A stretch of DNA of 64,000 nucleotides from Schmidtea polychroa (taxonomy: Eukaryota), in contig CM097885.1 in NCBI GenBank assembly GCA_044892525.1, positions 71,796,001-71,860,000 on the forward strand. The letters run 5' to 3'. Position numbers and translations under genes: made by a program. Shown one piece after another: positions 36,007 through 48,755 of the stretch (its first letter is position 1; each line of letters begins with the position of its first letter). The notes beneath the pieces are model-generated. The model was not told the DNA's origin and did not search any database. It worked only from the letters and a program-made list of their open reading frames with translations.

Positions 36007-39000
36007 TGGTTTCTACGGAGTGCTCCTATTCCCATTGTATCCCGTTCACAGTTTAATGTCCTAATAAAGATGTCTAGATGTTTTGCATTTTTCGATTGTT
36101 TTTTTAATTCTAATCCTAAGACAAATGTATCAATGTCTACCAGGTAAATTTTATTGTAATCTTGTTTGATGCACAATGTACATGTCGTATCTTTGGTGTC
36201 TAAGTAAGGAATAATTTCATTGAAATTTTAATTTTGCAGTGAGAGTTGAGGGTAAAATTCTGAAATTTCATATTGCCGGTTATTAGGTCTTTGCAAAATT
36301 ATGAGTTTGAGTCTGTGCGGTTTAAGTGAGGTATATACTTTTGCTAAATAATGTAGGACCTGAAAGACTCCAATTATTATGTGAGTTGATGATGAATTTT
36401 ATAGTCATATAAGTATTTGTACAAATAAAATTTACTAAATATTTTAAACACTTAAAACATTAAAACAATAAATAATCTCTAATGATACTGGATAAGGTCT
36501 TAGTGTCCTAGGTTAGTCTTCCAATTTGAAAAGGTAGATTAAAGGTTTTCTAATCAAAGTTTATTTTCCAAATAATAAGAAGGTTAAAACGGATAATATT
36601 ACTATTACAAAGGTTTTATAGATGCCCGTTGAATATTGCCCATAAAAATAAAAAATACTCTAACTTATTATGTTCAAAATTGTTTCAAAAGTTTTTTTTT
36701 AATTTTTTTTTATTTTTTACAAATTTTTATAATTAAATTTATAATTTATTTACATATTATTTACATAAAATTAGAAACCATGGTTTATTTATTATTCACC
36801 ACATATTTTTATTTTATTTATGCTTTTTGGGCACAATCGGTGAATATTCATAATAGTGTTTTTATATTTTTACATTAATTTCTTTAAAAATATCTTTCCA
36901 AATTTGTAAATTATAAAGCATAGTAAACATTTTGGAATTCATATTAACCGTTTAATAATCATTTACGACTTTTTTACTTTCTAGACAACTCTAGTGTAGT
37001 AAGACAGAATCCAGCAGAGTTTTTGACATTATATCTGTCATAGTTTTTTCAAAAATTAAAATTCAAAACGTTTTTTATATATTTCTACATATCAATAATT
37101 TATATGCATAATTTGTTTGATGTTGTGTTGGTGTGTTTAAGTTTTTTTCTACCATTTTCTTGATTTCTATAGTAAATGTTATTAATCATGAAACATAAAA
37201 ATTCAACACGCAAGCAAGTTTGTGTGTTTCCATAATATAAGAGTATTGATTTGCGTTATATTATAATGTTATTTTTCGGTACAAACAGGTGTAGCAGTTT
37301 GTTTAACATTCATTTATCCGACAAAAATTGTTTTAATTTTAAATGTTAAATATATATTTTTATTTTTATAATAATCTTAAATAAATAAAGTGAGCAAAAA
37401 TTTTTCTTTTGTGATTATCCTTCAGTCATTTACTTTGATAGTCAGTAAAAAGCATCAATAGGCGTAGAATCATTCTTTTAATTATCAAAATTATACACTA
37501 ATATTTTGAATGATATAGAATCACAATGAAAGTATAATTTTGTACTCTTCCTCAAATTTCTTTATTTCTTTTATACTAGTTACCTTTGGAAAATATGTTT
37601 TTATTTACACTTTAAAAATGGCAAACAATAAATTTAAACGTAACAATTCAAAATTCTACTGAACAAAAATCATGAAGTTTCTAGTTCATGAAAATCTTTC
37701 TTCATAATTATTCCCAAATTTCAATAATTTTATCCTGAGGTGTAAAGTATTTTTAGATGAAATAATATGTCAGCATATCAGGATATACTCAATAAATATT
37801 TTTATAAATTTATTTATTCAAATGTTCATATTTTCTCANNNNNNNNNNNNNNNNNNNNNNNNNNNNNNNNNNNNNNNNNNNNNNNNNNNNNNNNNNNNNN
37901 NNNNNNNNNNNNNNNNNNNNNNNNNNNNNNNNNNNNNNNNNNNNNNNNNNNNNNNNNNNNNNNNNNNNNNNNNNNNNNNNNNNNNNNNNNNNNNNNNNNN
38001 NNNNNNNNNNNNNNNNNNNNNNNNNNNNNNNNNNNNNNNNNNNNNNNNNNNNNNNNNNNNNNNNNNNNNNNNNNNNNNNNNNNNNNNACCCTGCATTAGA
38101 AATGAAAACATTATCTCGATAATTTATAATTTTTTCATCGTAAAATAGTTATTTAAATAATAATTATTATTTATTAATTAATAAATGATATAATAAGCTT
38201 GCGCTGGAAGTTTCAAGTTATGTACCAAACAAAATGAAATAGTTCTAGCCAATCGGCTTCAGGAAATTCCCTGTAGTAAATTTGAAGATTTTGTTCTTTT
38301 TTAATTGAATTATTTGTTTGTTTAGATCTTACTTTTATATAATGTTATTTCTGGTTTTTATACTCTAAAATAATTGTTTTCTACATTTATAATATAGATT
38401 ACATAAATATTATATACTTTTAATTATAAGCTCATTTACAATTTAGTTTTCAGTTTAATAATTACAACTACACAGAGTGATTAAAGAATTTAACAGTTTT
38501 TTAAGTACTTATTGTAACAGTACGTGGGGGGGGGGACACATCTTTAATAAAAACTTAAAATTCACGATCACTTAACCATTGGTTTTATTGTCAATATTTC
38601 GGTATAATTGCTCTGGTTGCTTCCTTTACCTTGACTTTAAATAATTACGCCGACTAATTTTTCTTTGAATTCACCTTTTAAATTTCCTCTAGTAATATTT
38701 ATGCATTTATCTGGTATTTCAATTCTTAGTTAAATGTCTACTTTTAACATTACTAATATGTTGTAGGAAATAAATAGCATCTGTGTAATAGGCCGATTGC
38801 GTATCAAATTCTTTTTTCTCTTTAAGGAATAATTGAACTTTGACCTATAATGTCGAAATTTACTTATTTTTTTGCACAATTCAACTTTTAATTCTTATAT
38901 CATTATTGACCGTTGACCATTGGTATTAATTGTGGAATAAAACTCATCTGATATAGAATAAAAATTCTAATTTCCAACAAACAAAACTTCATTAACAGAT

Positions 39001-39151
39001 GATTTACATTGAAATTAACAACTTAATGCGAGGGTAAGGTAAAAAAGCAGGGTTTTTTTGTTTTTATTTATAATATTGATAAAGTAGAAATCATAATATA
39101 AACTTAAAAAACGAGAAAAAAATTGGAAAACGTTAATTTTATAAAAAATTA

Positions 39152-39370
<219 letters not shown>

Positions 39371-39760
39371 GATAATGGTACATTTCTACATATTCAATAA
39401 AAAAAATATTTGCAAAATAATACATTTAAAATATGCAACTGAAAATCACTGCAAAAAACCGTGAATGCAAAGAAAAAGCAAGTCTGATCGTGTTTGTTTT
39501 GTTATACGCATGCCACTGGCGCACGCGTAAAATTCGAACGAGCATACAATAAATACAATGAAATACAAACGGGCGAGAACATATCACTCCAGATAAAAAT
39601 ATAAACATAATATTTATAAGTGGCGTGAGGCACTCGGGATAACGCGAATCGGAACACATTTGATACGCGAGAGAGTCTCGTTTGAGATGCATTCTTTAAA
39701 TCCATTAACTACTACTAATTGTTTTATTATAAATATTAATTAATTATGAACTATCTTATA

Positions 39761-39811
39761 CAGTGATCTTCAAACTGGGTTCCCTGAGCTTTTGAAGTTT
39801 GAAGACCACTG
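39761..39811. repeat. 51-bp fold-back resembling the fused ends of a hAT MITE
   Basis: CAGTGATCTTCAAACT ... AGTTTGAAGACCACTG (15/16 inverted match); no TSD seen. Confidence 0.6.
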
Positions 39812-40206
39812 AAGATAATTCAGTAATTAATTATGGATAAAATAAGTACAAATTCATTCATTCACTGGGAAACTAACAATCTCCTATTAAATTGTCATCA
39901 ATTAATTTATTTAATCAAAATTTATATCCAACCAATCATTTTCCTTAACACCCTTAAAATTTTAACATTAAATTCATAAAATTATCAAGTAAATGGATAA
40001 AATTTCCCTAAATGTCTCATTCCCCTTTGATATAAATAATCAGTTAGCCATTATTAATCAAATGAGTCTTAAAAATTCAAATTTAATAAATCTAAATTTA
40101 ACGAATCCTAAAAAATTTATTAAATTATATTAAAATTTTAATTAATTCAAATTTCAAAACAAAAATTAAATCTTCTAAATTGATATACAGTTGACTAGTA
40201 ATTATT

Positions 40207-40845
40207 CTATACTGAAACCTTCATAGATAATAATGTTGAACCTAAATCATATTCCACATAATGTTTAATCATCAACGTTTCTCGACACTGAACAGGGTAT
40301 CTATGCTGACAGGGCAACTCGTACACTTCATCGGCCTCCTCATACTCTGACAGACAAATGGAACCTGTATCATTAGCTGCGGTGATTTTCTTGACTTGTA
40401 ATTTCTCAATATCTGCCTCATTTGCTGGTGGAGGACCACTCTGTTCAAATTGCTTCATAATGCTCGTTACAAAATTGTCGAAACTTTGATCTGAAAATAT
40501 GTAATCTGACGAATCGGATCTAAAATCCAGCGGCAGCAATCCACCAAATAAATTTGATATTAGTTGGCCAAAAACACTATTTCTGTTATCAGGATCTCTT
40601 GGAGTAATAAAAAAGGAACCATCAGTTTCGTTTATAGTACTTCCACCAGGAATATGACGAATAAGATGAAAAATATTCAAGGCATCATCATCATTTTCCA
40701 TTGAGTTATCAGATTCAATTCTTTCAATAAATCCATCATTGCACGTCACACATTTACCATCCTGAGATGTGTGAACGTCCTTGTTGCATTTATGCTCATA
40801 GTAATTATCTGTATTAATCGAAGCCATTAAAGAAATCGTAGCCAT
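40207..40845 (-). pseudogene. Intronless, degenerate RNF115/RNF126-like E3 ligase copy
   Basis: N-terminal YY.HKC...C..C..GFIE zinc ribbon; DY...FDNFVT..M.QFE..GPPPA; RING-H2 remnant SICLSEYE..EVYELPCQH lacking the first Cys and the second half. Confidence 0.8.
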
Positions 40846-41180
40846 TAACGAAATTTATTTTTTTCCAAAACAAAACCTTCTCAAAAATTCTAAATCTTTT
40901 AAAAACAACTCTGATCACTTTAAACAAATCAAAAACTCTACCACATTCCAGAAAATCGAAAAAACTCGAACATAAATCCAAAATCTGAACTCACACAATT
41001 GTCCTCGTCTGTGTGCGCACACAAATCAATCCAATGTCAAAGTAAAAAGCGCACACAGACACGAGACATAAATGATAATTCACAAAAAAAAATGACACTG
41101 ATCGCGTCTGTGTGCGCATACAAACACAAACACCATCTCATAACACAACGCACACACAGACGCGAATTAACCTCATAATT
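40846..41180 (-). repeat. Hairpin-bearing leader, copy B (two tandem hairpins) upstream of the RNF-like ORF
   Basis: CGTCTGTGTGCGC...GCGCACACAGAC(A)CG hairpins at 41005-41065 and 41102-41165; downstream tract similar to 30957-31102. Confidence 0.7.
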
Positions 41181-41616
41181 CACCACATAAATTATCCTAA
41201 AACCAGCCATATTACATACATCATCAAAGCATAATTTTCCTCATTTATTTATTCACCTTAATCAATTACAATATTTTAAAATTAACATTGAATTTCACGA
41301 AAATAGATATTTTTATTCACGATTCTTTGGTAGCAACATTTATTATTGATTATTTATTATTATATAAAAGATTTTTGGACCAATGAGAAGAAAGAAAAAG
41401 GAAGTAAAAGAGAAGATCATAAAGCATTTGAAAGTTGAAGCAACTAAATTTCAAGAAAACGAAAAGGACTATAGTTGTAAATTCTTTCATTTTATTGAAT
41501 ATAGTCTTCGCGGCTTATATTAACTGTGTAAAATATTTAATTTCAATTTTTAATTAAAAATCGACAAAAAGTTAAACATACATGGTAACGATTTAATTAT
41601 AAGAAAGCGTCATTCA

Positions 41617-41657
41617 AACAGTCGTTTCGACAGATTTCTTGTCATCATCAGGTAGGA
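41617..41657 (-). ncRNA. Minimal hammerhead-ribozyme-like core (Penelope pLTR type), probably degenerate
   Basis: Minus strand CTGATGA-T-GACA-agaaatc-TGTC-GAAAC-gact-GTT; stems II and III can be drawn, stem I pairs poorly. Confidence 0.45.
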
Positions 41658-43549
41658 TATAATAACTATAGAAATTAGGGATTTTTAAACAAATTTATTA
41701 ATTATATTAATTATTAATTATATAAAACCTTTTAATAAAACCATTTCATAAAACATATTATTTTTTAAATTTTAAAATATTGCAATTTAATTTAGTAATT
41801 TAATAATTATTTAATTTAACAACAACAATCCATACATACAATATACAAAAAAATATTTAAAACACAAGTATCCACTGCCTTTTGCACATTAATTTTCGGA
41901 TTCAATGACTTTATCAATAACTCTTCACAGATTGCGCGTTCCCAATAATTACTGAAATTTTTTTAAAATTTTTAAATCAGACATTTATACTTACAGCTTT
42001 TATTGTGCTCATTTATATGGGTCAATGCATTCGGTGTATAATGTTCTCGATGTTCGAATACAGAGATTACAGAGGGAGAAAAATTTCCTTAATTATACTA
42101 ATTTCTTTAAAATCAACATAATTGTTTATGGAACAGAATACCCTAAAATCTAATAAAATTCATTAAAATGTTAATTAATTGATAATAGAAGTTAAATTTT
42201 TATCGCAAAAGTTCCATAATTATGATATAAAATGTCAAAGGTCAATTATAACATGTGATCAAATGTCAGGTATGCAAGAAGTCATAATTAATTACCTGAT
42301 CAGGTTAATTACAAACTTCATAATATTGTGTTAGTATTGTCTTTGTCAAGTATTGTGTATCAGGTATTTTATGATCTATCGATATTTATGTTTTATATGT
42401 ATATGATTTCTTTATAACAAGTATTAGTGTATGTTTCAAATGTGACTTGTTCAAGCTTATTATAAAATTGTATGTCATAATTTGGGTGGAAATAAATAAA
42501 TTGTTTTAATCAGTTGTTTTTTGGCAAAATAATAAATTTTTTGGAGTTGGTTTTATTTTCAACAGCATTTATATTTAGTTGTATTCAAGTGAACATATTG
42601 GATGAGAGTCATTTAGCAAATCATAGATTTAATCTTATTAGACATCAAATGTATCTTTATAAATCGAAAGAACTTGATGATAAAACAAGTAAATGATAAA
42701 AATACCAATTCTTAAGTACAAAAAATGCCTGAAATTTGTCAAACCTAGTGATATTTTAAATGGAACATTGTATCAAACATACAGAGTGATCAAACATGAT
42801 GATCCAAAAAGAGAACATCATGATTAAATTGCTGATGTAACAAAAGCACAAGGCAACATTTTGATAAATTTATTTCAATAAGAGATACTAATATTGCATT
42901 TTTTATAAATATTGGAGATTTTATCATACACCCAATTCTGTTTTTACACGAATTTGATTCAACACGAATTAAAAAGAATTTTTTTTCTCTTATTACAACA
43001 ATTGCTTTGTTTTAACACGATTTCCAATATTTTAGGTATGGAACCAATTACTATTTTCCATTCAGCCAATCTCACTTTTTACACGAATTTTTTAGGAACG
43101 TATCGTGTAAAAACAGAATTGGGTGTATTTTGGTAATAGACTGTGAGATTCTGTCTAAACAATAAAATAAAGTTCCGAAGGAAATAATTCATATAATAAA
43201 TGTTCGCGGACATAAATTAAAAGTCGATTTAATGTCTCGTTAAAACAATCATTTAAATGAAAAAGAATAAATATTAAAATTTATAAATGCATTCAGATGT
43301 TCGAGTTAAGTTCTAACTTTACCCTTTTGATCTCAAACAGTTCCTAGCCTATTATCACATTTTCCCCTTGTTACTTTAATCATTCAAGTTTTATATTTTG
43401 AAATCAAAATTCTTTCGACTGAATCCCTGTTTTCATGTTTTCAGCAGACTAAAAAAACATATTTTCTAAATAAATTATAACAATCTTAAGTAATAAAATT
43501 TATATTGCCTAATTTGACAACAATATTTGATATTTCCGGTTAGGCGCTG

Positions 43550-43950
43550 CAGTGCTCGAAGTGGAACAAAATATGTGCCGGGATAGGCATGCTGTGGCAC
43601 CCGGGATTCCAGGCTTTTATGCAGAAATTTTCAGTTGGGGGTGTTGCAAAACTTTGGGGGGGGGGTGTCCACCCATTTAATCATAAGTTTCAGAATATAC
43701 CTACCTATCCATTACTGCTGCTTGGGAAATTCTTAATTGAATAGAGAATAGAGAATAAAGAATATATATATACATACATATATGGATGTACTATGTGTGA
43801 CCTTAATTGCAGTATTTGTGTGCCTATAAAATGAAATAAGTACCGGGATAAACCTATAGGTTATATGAAATGAAGTGCCGGGATGCAATTCCGCCTACAT
43901 AATCAATGCCGGGATAATATCCCGGCTATCCCGCCTCACTTCGAGCACTG
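43550..43950. mobile_element. hAT MITE
   Basis: Perfect 14-bp TIR CAGTGCTCGAAGTG; 8-bp TSD AGGCGCTG; subterminal CCGGGAT repeats. Confidence 0.92.
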
Positions 43951-44571
43951 AGGCGCTGCTCTTTACAATTTACAAATTGTCAATTTCTTATATTTTACAT
44001 TTTTCCCTTATTTTTTATAATAATAAAAGTTCATAAACTTTTGTGGATCGAGAACTACTTTAAAAATGATCTTTTTCCTGACTCCCGTGGGCAGGAACTT
44101 GGTAAGAAAAGAACTGAATAAAAATATCGCCTTATTTTTTTTAGTCTTTTTATTTATTATATTTATTTAAGAAATAAAAATCTTGCTAAAAAATATAAAA
44201 TTCATTAATTTAACAAAAATCCATATCAGCCAGTCGGATATATGAATACTTATTTTCAATTTTTGAGTTATAAATTAATTAGGATTATTATAATAAAATT
44301 TTGTTGTAAATAAAAAAGTAACAGAAGAAAAGGTATTTATTTAAAAAAGATAGTGATTATTAAATTAATAAAACACAATGACAGCCAAATAGGTTCTAAA
44401 CTAGTCTGTAATTAAAAATCGCACTGAAGATCTTTAAAATCCAAAATTATGTATTATTCGATATAACAATTTAATGTGCTTGCTTGTCTTTAATGCTTGA
44501 TTAAATGTATTTGTCAAAATTAATACGATTGTTTCTGACATTTATATAATACAAGACATTTATATTATATC

Positions 44572-45125
44572 GGTTACATGACATTTAAACACGCGACAGA
44601 TAATCACACGACACTTAAACGCACAAACATATAATCTCAACAAAGTATGCATTTTAAACTTAACCAATACATTTTTATAGAGAAAAGGCTGTTTTCTTGT
44701 GTAGTAACACTAGGTTATTTATAATTGTTTTATCAAGTCAATTGGGCCTGAGTTTAACTGTTGTAATTATATTAAAAACTTCGAAGGATAAATTAATTTA
44801 ATGGAGGGAAGCAAAAACTAAAATGACAAAAGATATTAAATCATTAACGTCCTTTTGTTGAGAAGTAACAGTATCTTCTTGTGTTGTTATATCGTCGTAA
44901 TGAATAATATATTTTTATATAAAGAGTTTTATAATTTGAAATTTTTAAACAAATTTTACAATAATATTCAAACCCGTATCTTTATATATACTAGTGAAGA
45001 CTGTAATGCCTGTGCAACTATAATTATCTAAACCATTTGTGGTTAGTGATAATATCCGGGTGTTTAAATGTCGTATGTTTAAGTGTCGTGTGATTATCTG
45101 TCGCGTGTTTAAATGTCGGCACACC
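44572..45125. mobile_element. Mutator/Merlin-like MITE
   Basis: GG...CC ends; 8-bp TSD ATTATATC; about 41-bp perfect subterminal inverted repeat GACATTTAAACACGCGACAGATAATCACACGACACTTAAAC. Confidence 0.8.
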
Positions 45126-45819
45126 ATTATATCCTAATTCATTGGCATCATACAACTTCTTACGTTATTTCAATTAAATCTGATTTTGATATTTTATCAT
45201 CTATTACATATTTTGCTTAATTATTTAATTAAAAATTAATTAATTAAAACTTTTTAAAGTCAACACCATGTAATAAGTAAAAATAATAATTTTTATGTAA
45301 ATATTATAAGAACTTTGGGTTTTCACCTCTGATTTCTTTTCATTTTCAATTGACAAAATATTTATTAAACAATTGACTATGAATCAGTACAGATATCGAT
45401 GTTTGTTTTTTTAAATATCAAAACAAAAACATCGATATACTTAGTCAATTTTTTAATAAATACATAATGTCAATTTTATGTATATATGAAAAATTACATC
45501 TTTGCCTGTTTTTTAAAAATTGACTCTATCCACCAATAACAGTTTTATTGACAGGCAAGCAAGGCGGTTGCTTCTGACTTCGCTTTTTCGAGGTTGGAGA
45601 AACGGTGTGACAGAACTTCATTCGACAACAAAGATAATATTTATCTACAAAACCATTCTGTATTTTAATAAACTGACATATCGTTACCAAATACCATCTA
45701 TGATTAGAAATAAATTATTTTGCTTATAACAAAAATACAATATAACTTTATAAATATTTTTAAAGCCTATTGCAGTTTTTAAAATTAAATGTATCATTTA
45801 TTTTGTATATTTGGGTAAC

Positions 45820-46230
45820 CATAAGAATAATGATATAGTGATCATGGACCAAACCTTGAAAAACAACCAAAACACAATTGCACACCTGGAAGACATATTG
45901 ATAGCAAGCCCAAAAAGCAAAACAACTAAATGATATCGAGAAACTGTTTCAAACTCTTGATGCCGCAAATCTAAAAATCAACATCCAGAGATATGAATTA
46001 CTTAAAAAGGAAGTTGATTTCCTAGGACATACATTAAACGAAAAAGGCACAAAACCAATAGAAAAGAAAATAAATACAATACAACAATTCAAACTACCAA
46101 ACACAAACACGCTCTTCAATGAAAGACAAGGTATTAATAGGCTTTCGCCCATTAATTTCGTAATACGGCAGGACAATTGTGATAGTAATTTCCTCCACCC
46201 TACGAAGGAAAAGACAACACACAATCATCC
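45820..46230 (+). mobile_element. Gypsy reverse transcriptase relic
   Basis: IAHLEDILIAS and EVDFLGHTLNEKG fragments. Confidence 0.65.
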
Positions 46231-46249
46231 CCAACAAACTCATAATAAA

Positions 46250-47110
46250 ATCTTGTTTTATTATAATTATTAATTAGTAACATGCCTGCTGTTATTGGCA
46301 TGTGTTTTTGGTGGTAGGTGATATCCTCGGGTAAAATTGCCTCAAAGTCTGCAAATATTATGAATGGTGGGGTTATGGTTTTTGTAAAATTACTAAATAT
46401 AAAGTTTTTATTTTTAGGTAGGGTGTATAGAGTTGTTCCTATCTGGTTTTAATGCATAAGGCGATATGAATATCAAATGCATTTTTATGTCTAAATTCGT
46501 TAAGACAATGGGGGCACTAGATCACTTTAATTCTAAGGCTGCATTCACTGTTATAGTGAAAATTCATTAATCTTTGTAAGTTAGAAACTGCGGTGTAATG
46601 AAAATTATCATCGTCTTCCAATAAAAGTAAGTATAGGTCTTCACCACCTATAACCTTAGATTGGTGAATGATATCTAATTGGGGATGATGTGGAATATAA
46701 GTATCGTCAACTATATTTTCAAAGGGCTTAGAGGGGGTCTTTCTATAAGTTAAAACATTTATTGATAAATTTAAATCACTATTTTGCCTATCAGATTTAG
46801 AAATGTCACCCAATTTAATTTGGTAATCAAAAATGGGGTCAAAATGATAATTTTCATAATGATAATTTTCGTAATGATAATTTTCATAGGAACTAACTCT
46901 ATTTCTATTTATATATACTACATTACGTTTTAAAAGTGCTAAAATACTATATATAAAGCACATGTGCTCAGTGTTTTTGACGTTTACTATTGCCTTTTTA
47001 ACATATAAAGCCGATGGTGTGGAATGCAACTATGTCCAGCTAGCCTATTCATATGGGTAAATTTGTTAAATCGTAAATTCTTTCTAGCCCCCTAAAATCT
47101 TTCTCAATTT
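46250..47110 (-). pseudogene. Maverick/Polinton protein-primed DNA polymerase B, N-terminal relic
   Basis: KKAIVNVKN..HMCFIYSILA, SINV, LLLLEDDDNFHYTAVSNLQRL (ORF 46517-47029), then C..C and PPFIIFADFEAIL...YHQKHMP exonuclease motif downstream. Confidence 0.82.
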
Positions 47111-48755
47111 CAGGTTCGTCGTCAATATCGATCGAACCGTCTATTTGATTATTTACTGAACCACCTATTTGAACACTTATTTGATCTATTTTAGTAATTT
47201 TAGAGTGGACACAAGACCCAAGACTAACAGCAGGGGGTTTATTATTATTTAGATTAGTATTGTTTACATTATTATTTACATGTTTTATGTGCTGTTTTGT
47301 ATTTGCATGTTTTTGTATTATTATTATTTATATGTTTCGTTGCTTGAATTATAGGTTTTGTATTTAAGTGTTGTGGTATTATATGTTGATTGTTATTTAT
47401 TTTGATAAACAATTTCTTTTTATTTAAAGGAAGCCGATTTAAATGTGATTTGTGAATATTATAAAACTCTATATATTTAATGCTATGGGATGTCTCGCAT
47501 ATTGGAGATATAAAGTAGTTGATGCCATAGAATCTATGACCGTAATATTTTTTCATATTGTTATGGCATATATTTGTATGATCATTTAATGACACGCAGT
47601 AACGTGGGTACAATTTATTTGATGAATTATAAATATATATCAAATATATTAATAGATTTAAATATTAATAGTTATAAAATAAAATATCTTTATTAACAAT
47701 TCTTATGCCATTTTTATTACATAATAATTATGAATCGGTATAATAATCGGAATATCTAAATAATGTATTGTAATATTATTATCAGAGGTATAAAATATGG
47801 GAGGTATGAAATCATAAATATTATTNNNNNNNNNNNNNNNNNNNNNNNNNNNNNNNNNNNNNNNNNNNNNNNNNNNNNNNNNNNNNNNNNNNNNNNNNNN
47901 NNNNNNNNNNNNNNNNNNNNNNNNNNNNNNNNNNNNNNNNNNNNNNNNNNNNNNNNNNNNNNNNNNNNNNNNNNNNNNNNNNNNNNAATATTATTATTTA
48001 ATAATTATTTTCATAACCACTTATTAATTTCACAATCATTTTCAGGAACATTTTCATAATTCTTTTCAGAAATATTTTCATTATTTTCAACATTTTCATA
48101 ATTTATAAGTCGTTATGAAATAAAGTTAATTATCAAACTCGATTTTAAATTAATTTTTAAAATAATAATAATGATATATAAATAACATTTTGATTCCATA
48201 TCGGAGTTATCCTCAGATTCATCCCCATAAGAAACGGGAGCATGATTAATTTCCTCCTCAATAGATGTGAGGGCATATTCATCAGAAACATCATTAATAT
48301 TTGGGGCATATTCAACATTTGAAGTATCATCACCTAAAGTTTTTCTAAATTCATTAATTAAATAAAATACATTTACCCGTTGATTCCATGATAATATCTT
48401 GTGTATCGTTCTCAATAACATTTTCACCGTCATTAATAGTCTGATCAACTAAATAATTTTTAATTTCAATTAAATTTAAAAATAAATTTATTTAATGAAA
48501 CATCTTTTTCATCGTCACTTATAATAATTGGCAGTTCTTGATCATAGTTGGCGGCCTCAGTGACTTCATACCATAAATTCTCTAAAATAATAAATAATAA
48601 TAATAATAAAAATAAAATAATTTACCGTTTTCTCCTGCCAACATGGCACGTAAAATATATGCGTGTTCTCTATTTTGATATTTGTAAAAATTGATTTTGT
48701 AAAAATATTTTTTAAAAGTGACGAATTTGAAAATTGTAACTGTTTATAAAGAAAA

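Noticed and set aside
48113-48448. Acidic ORF next to a gap
   Set aside because: Low complexity with no diagnostic motif.
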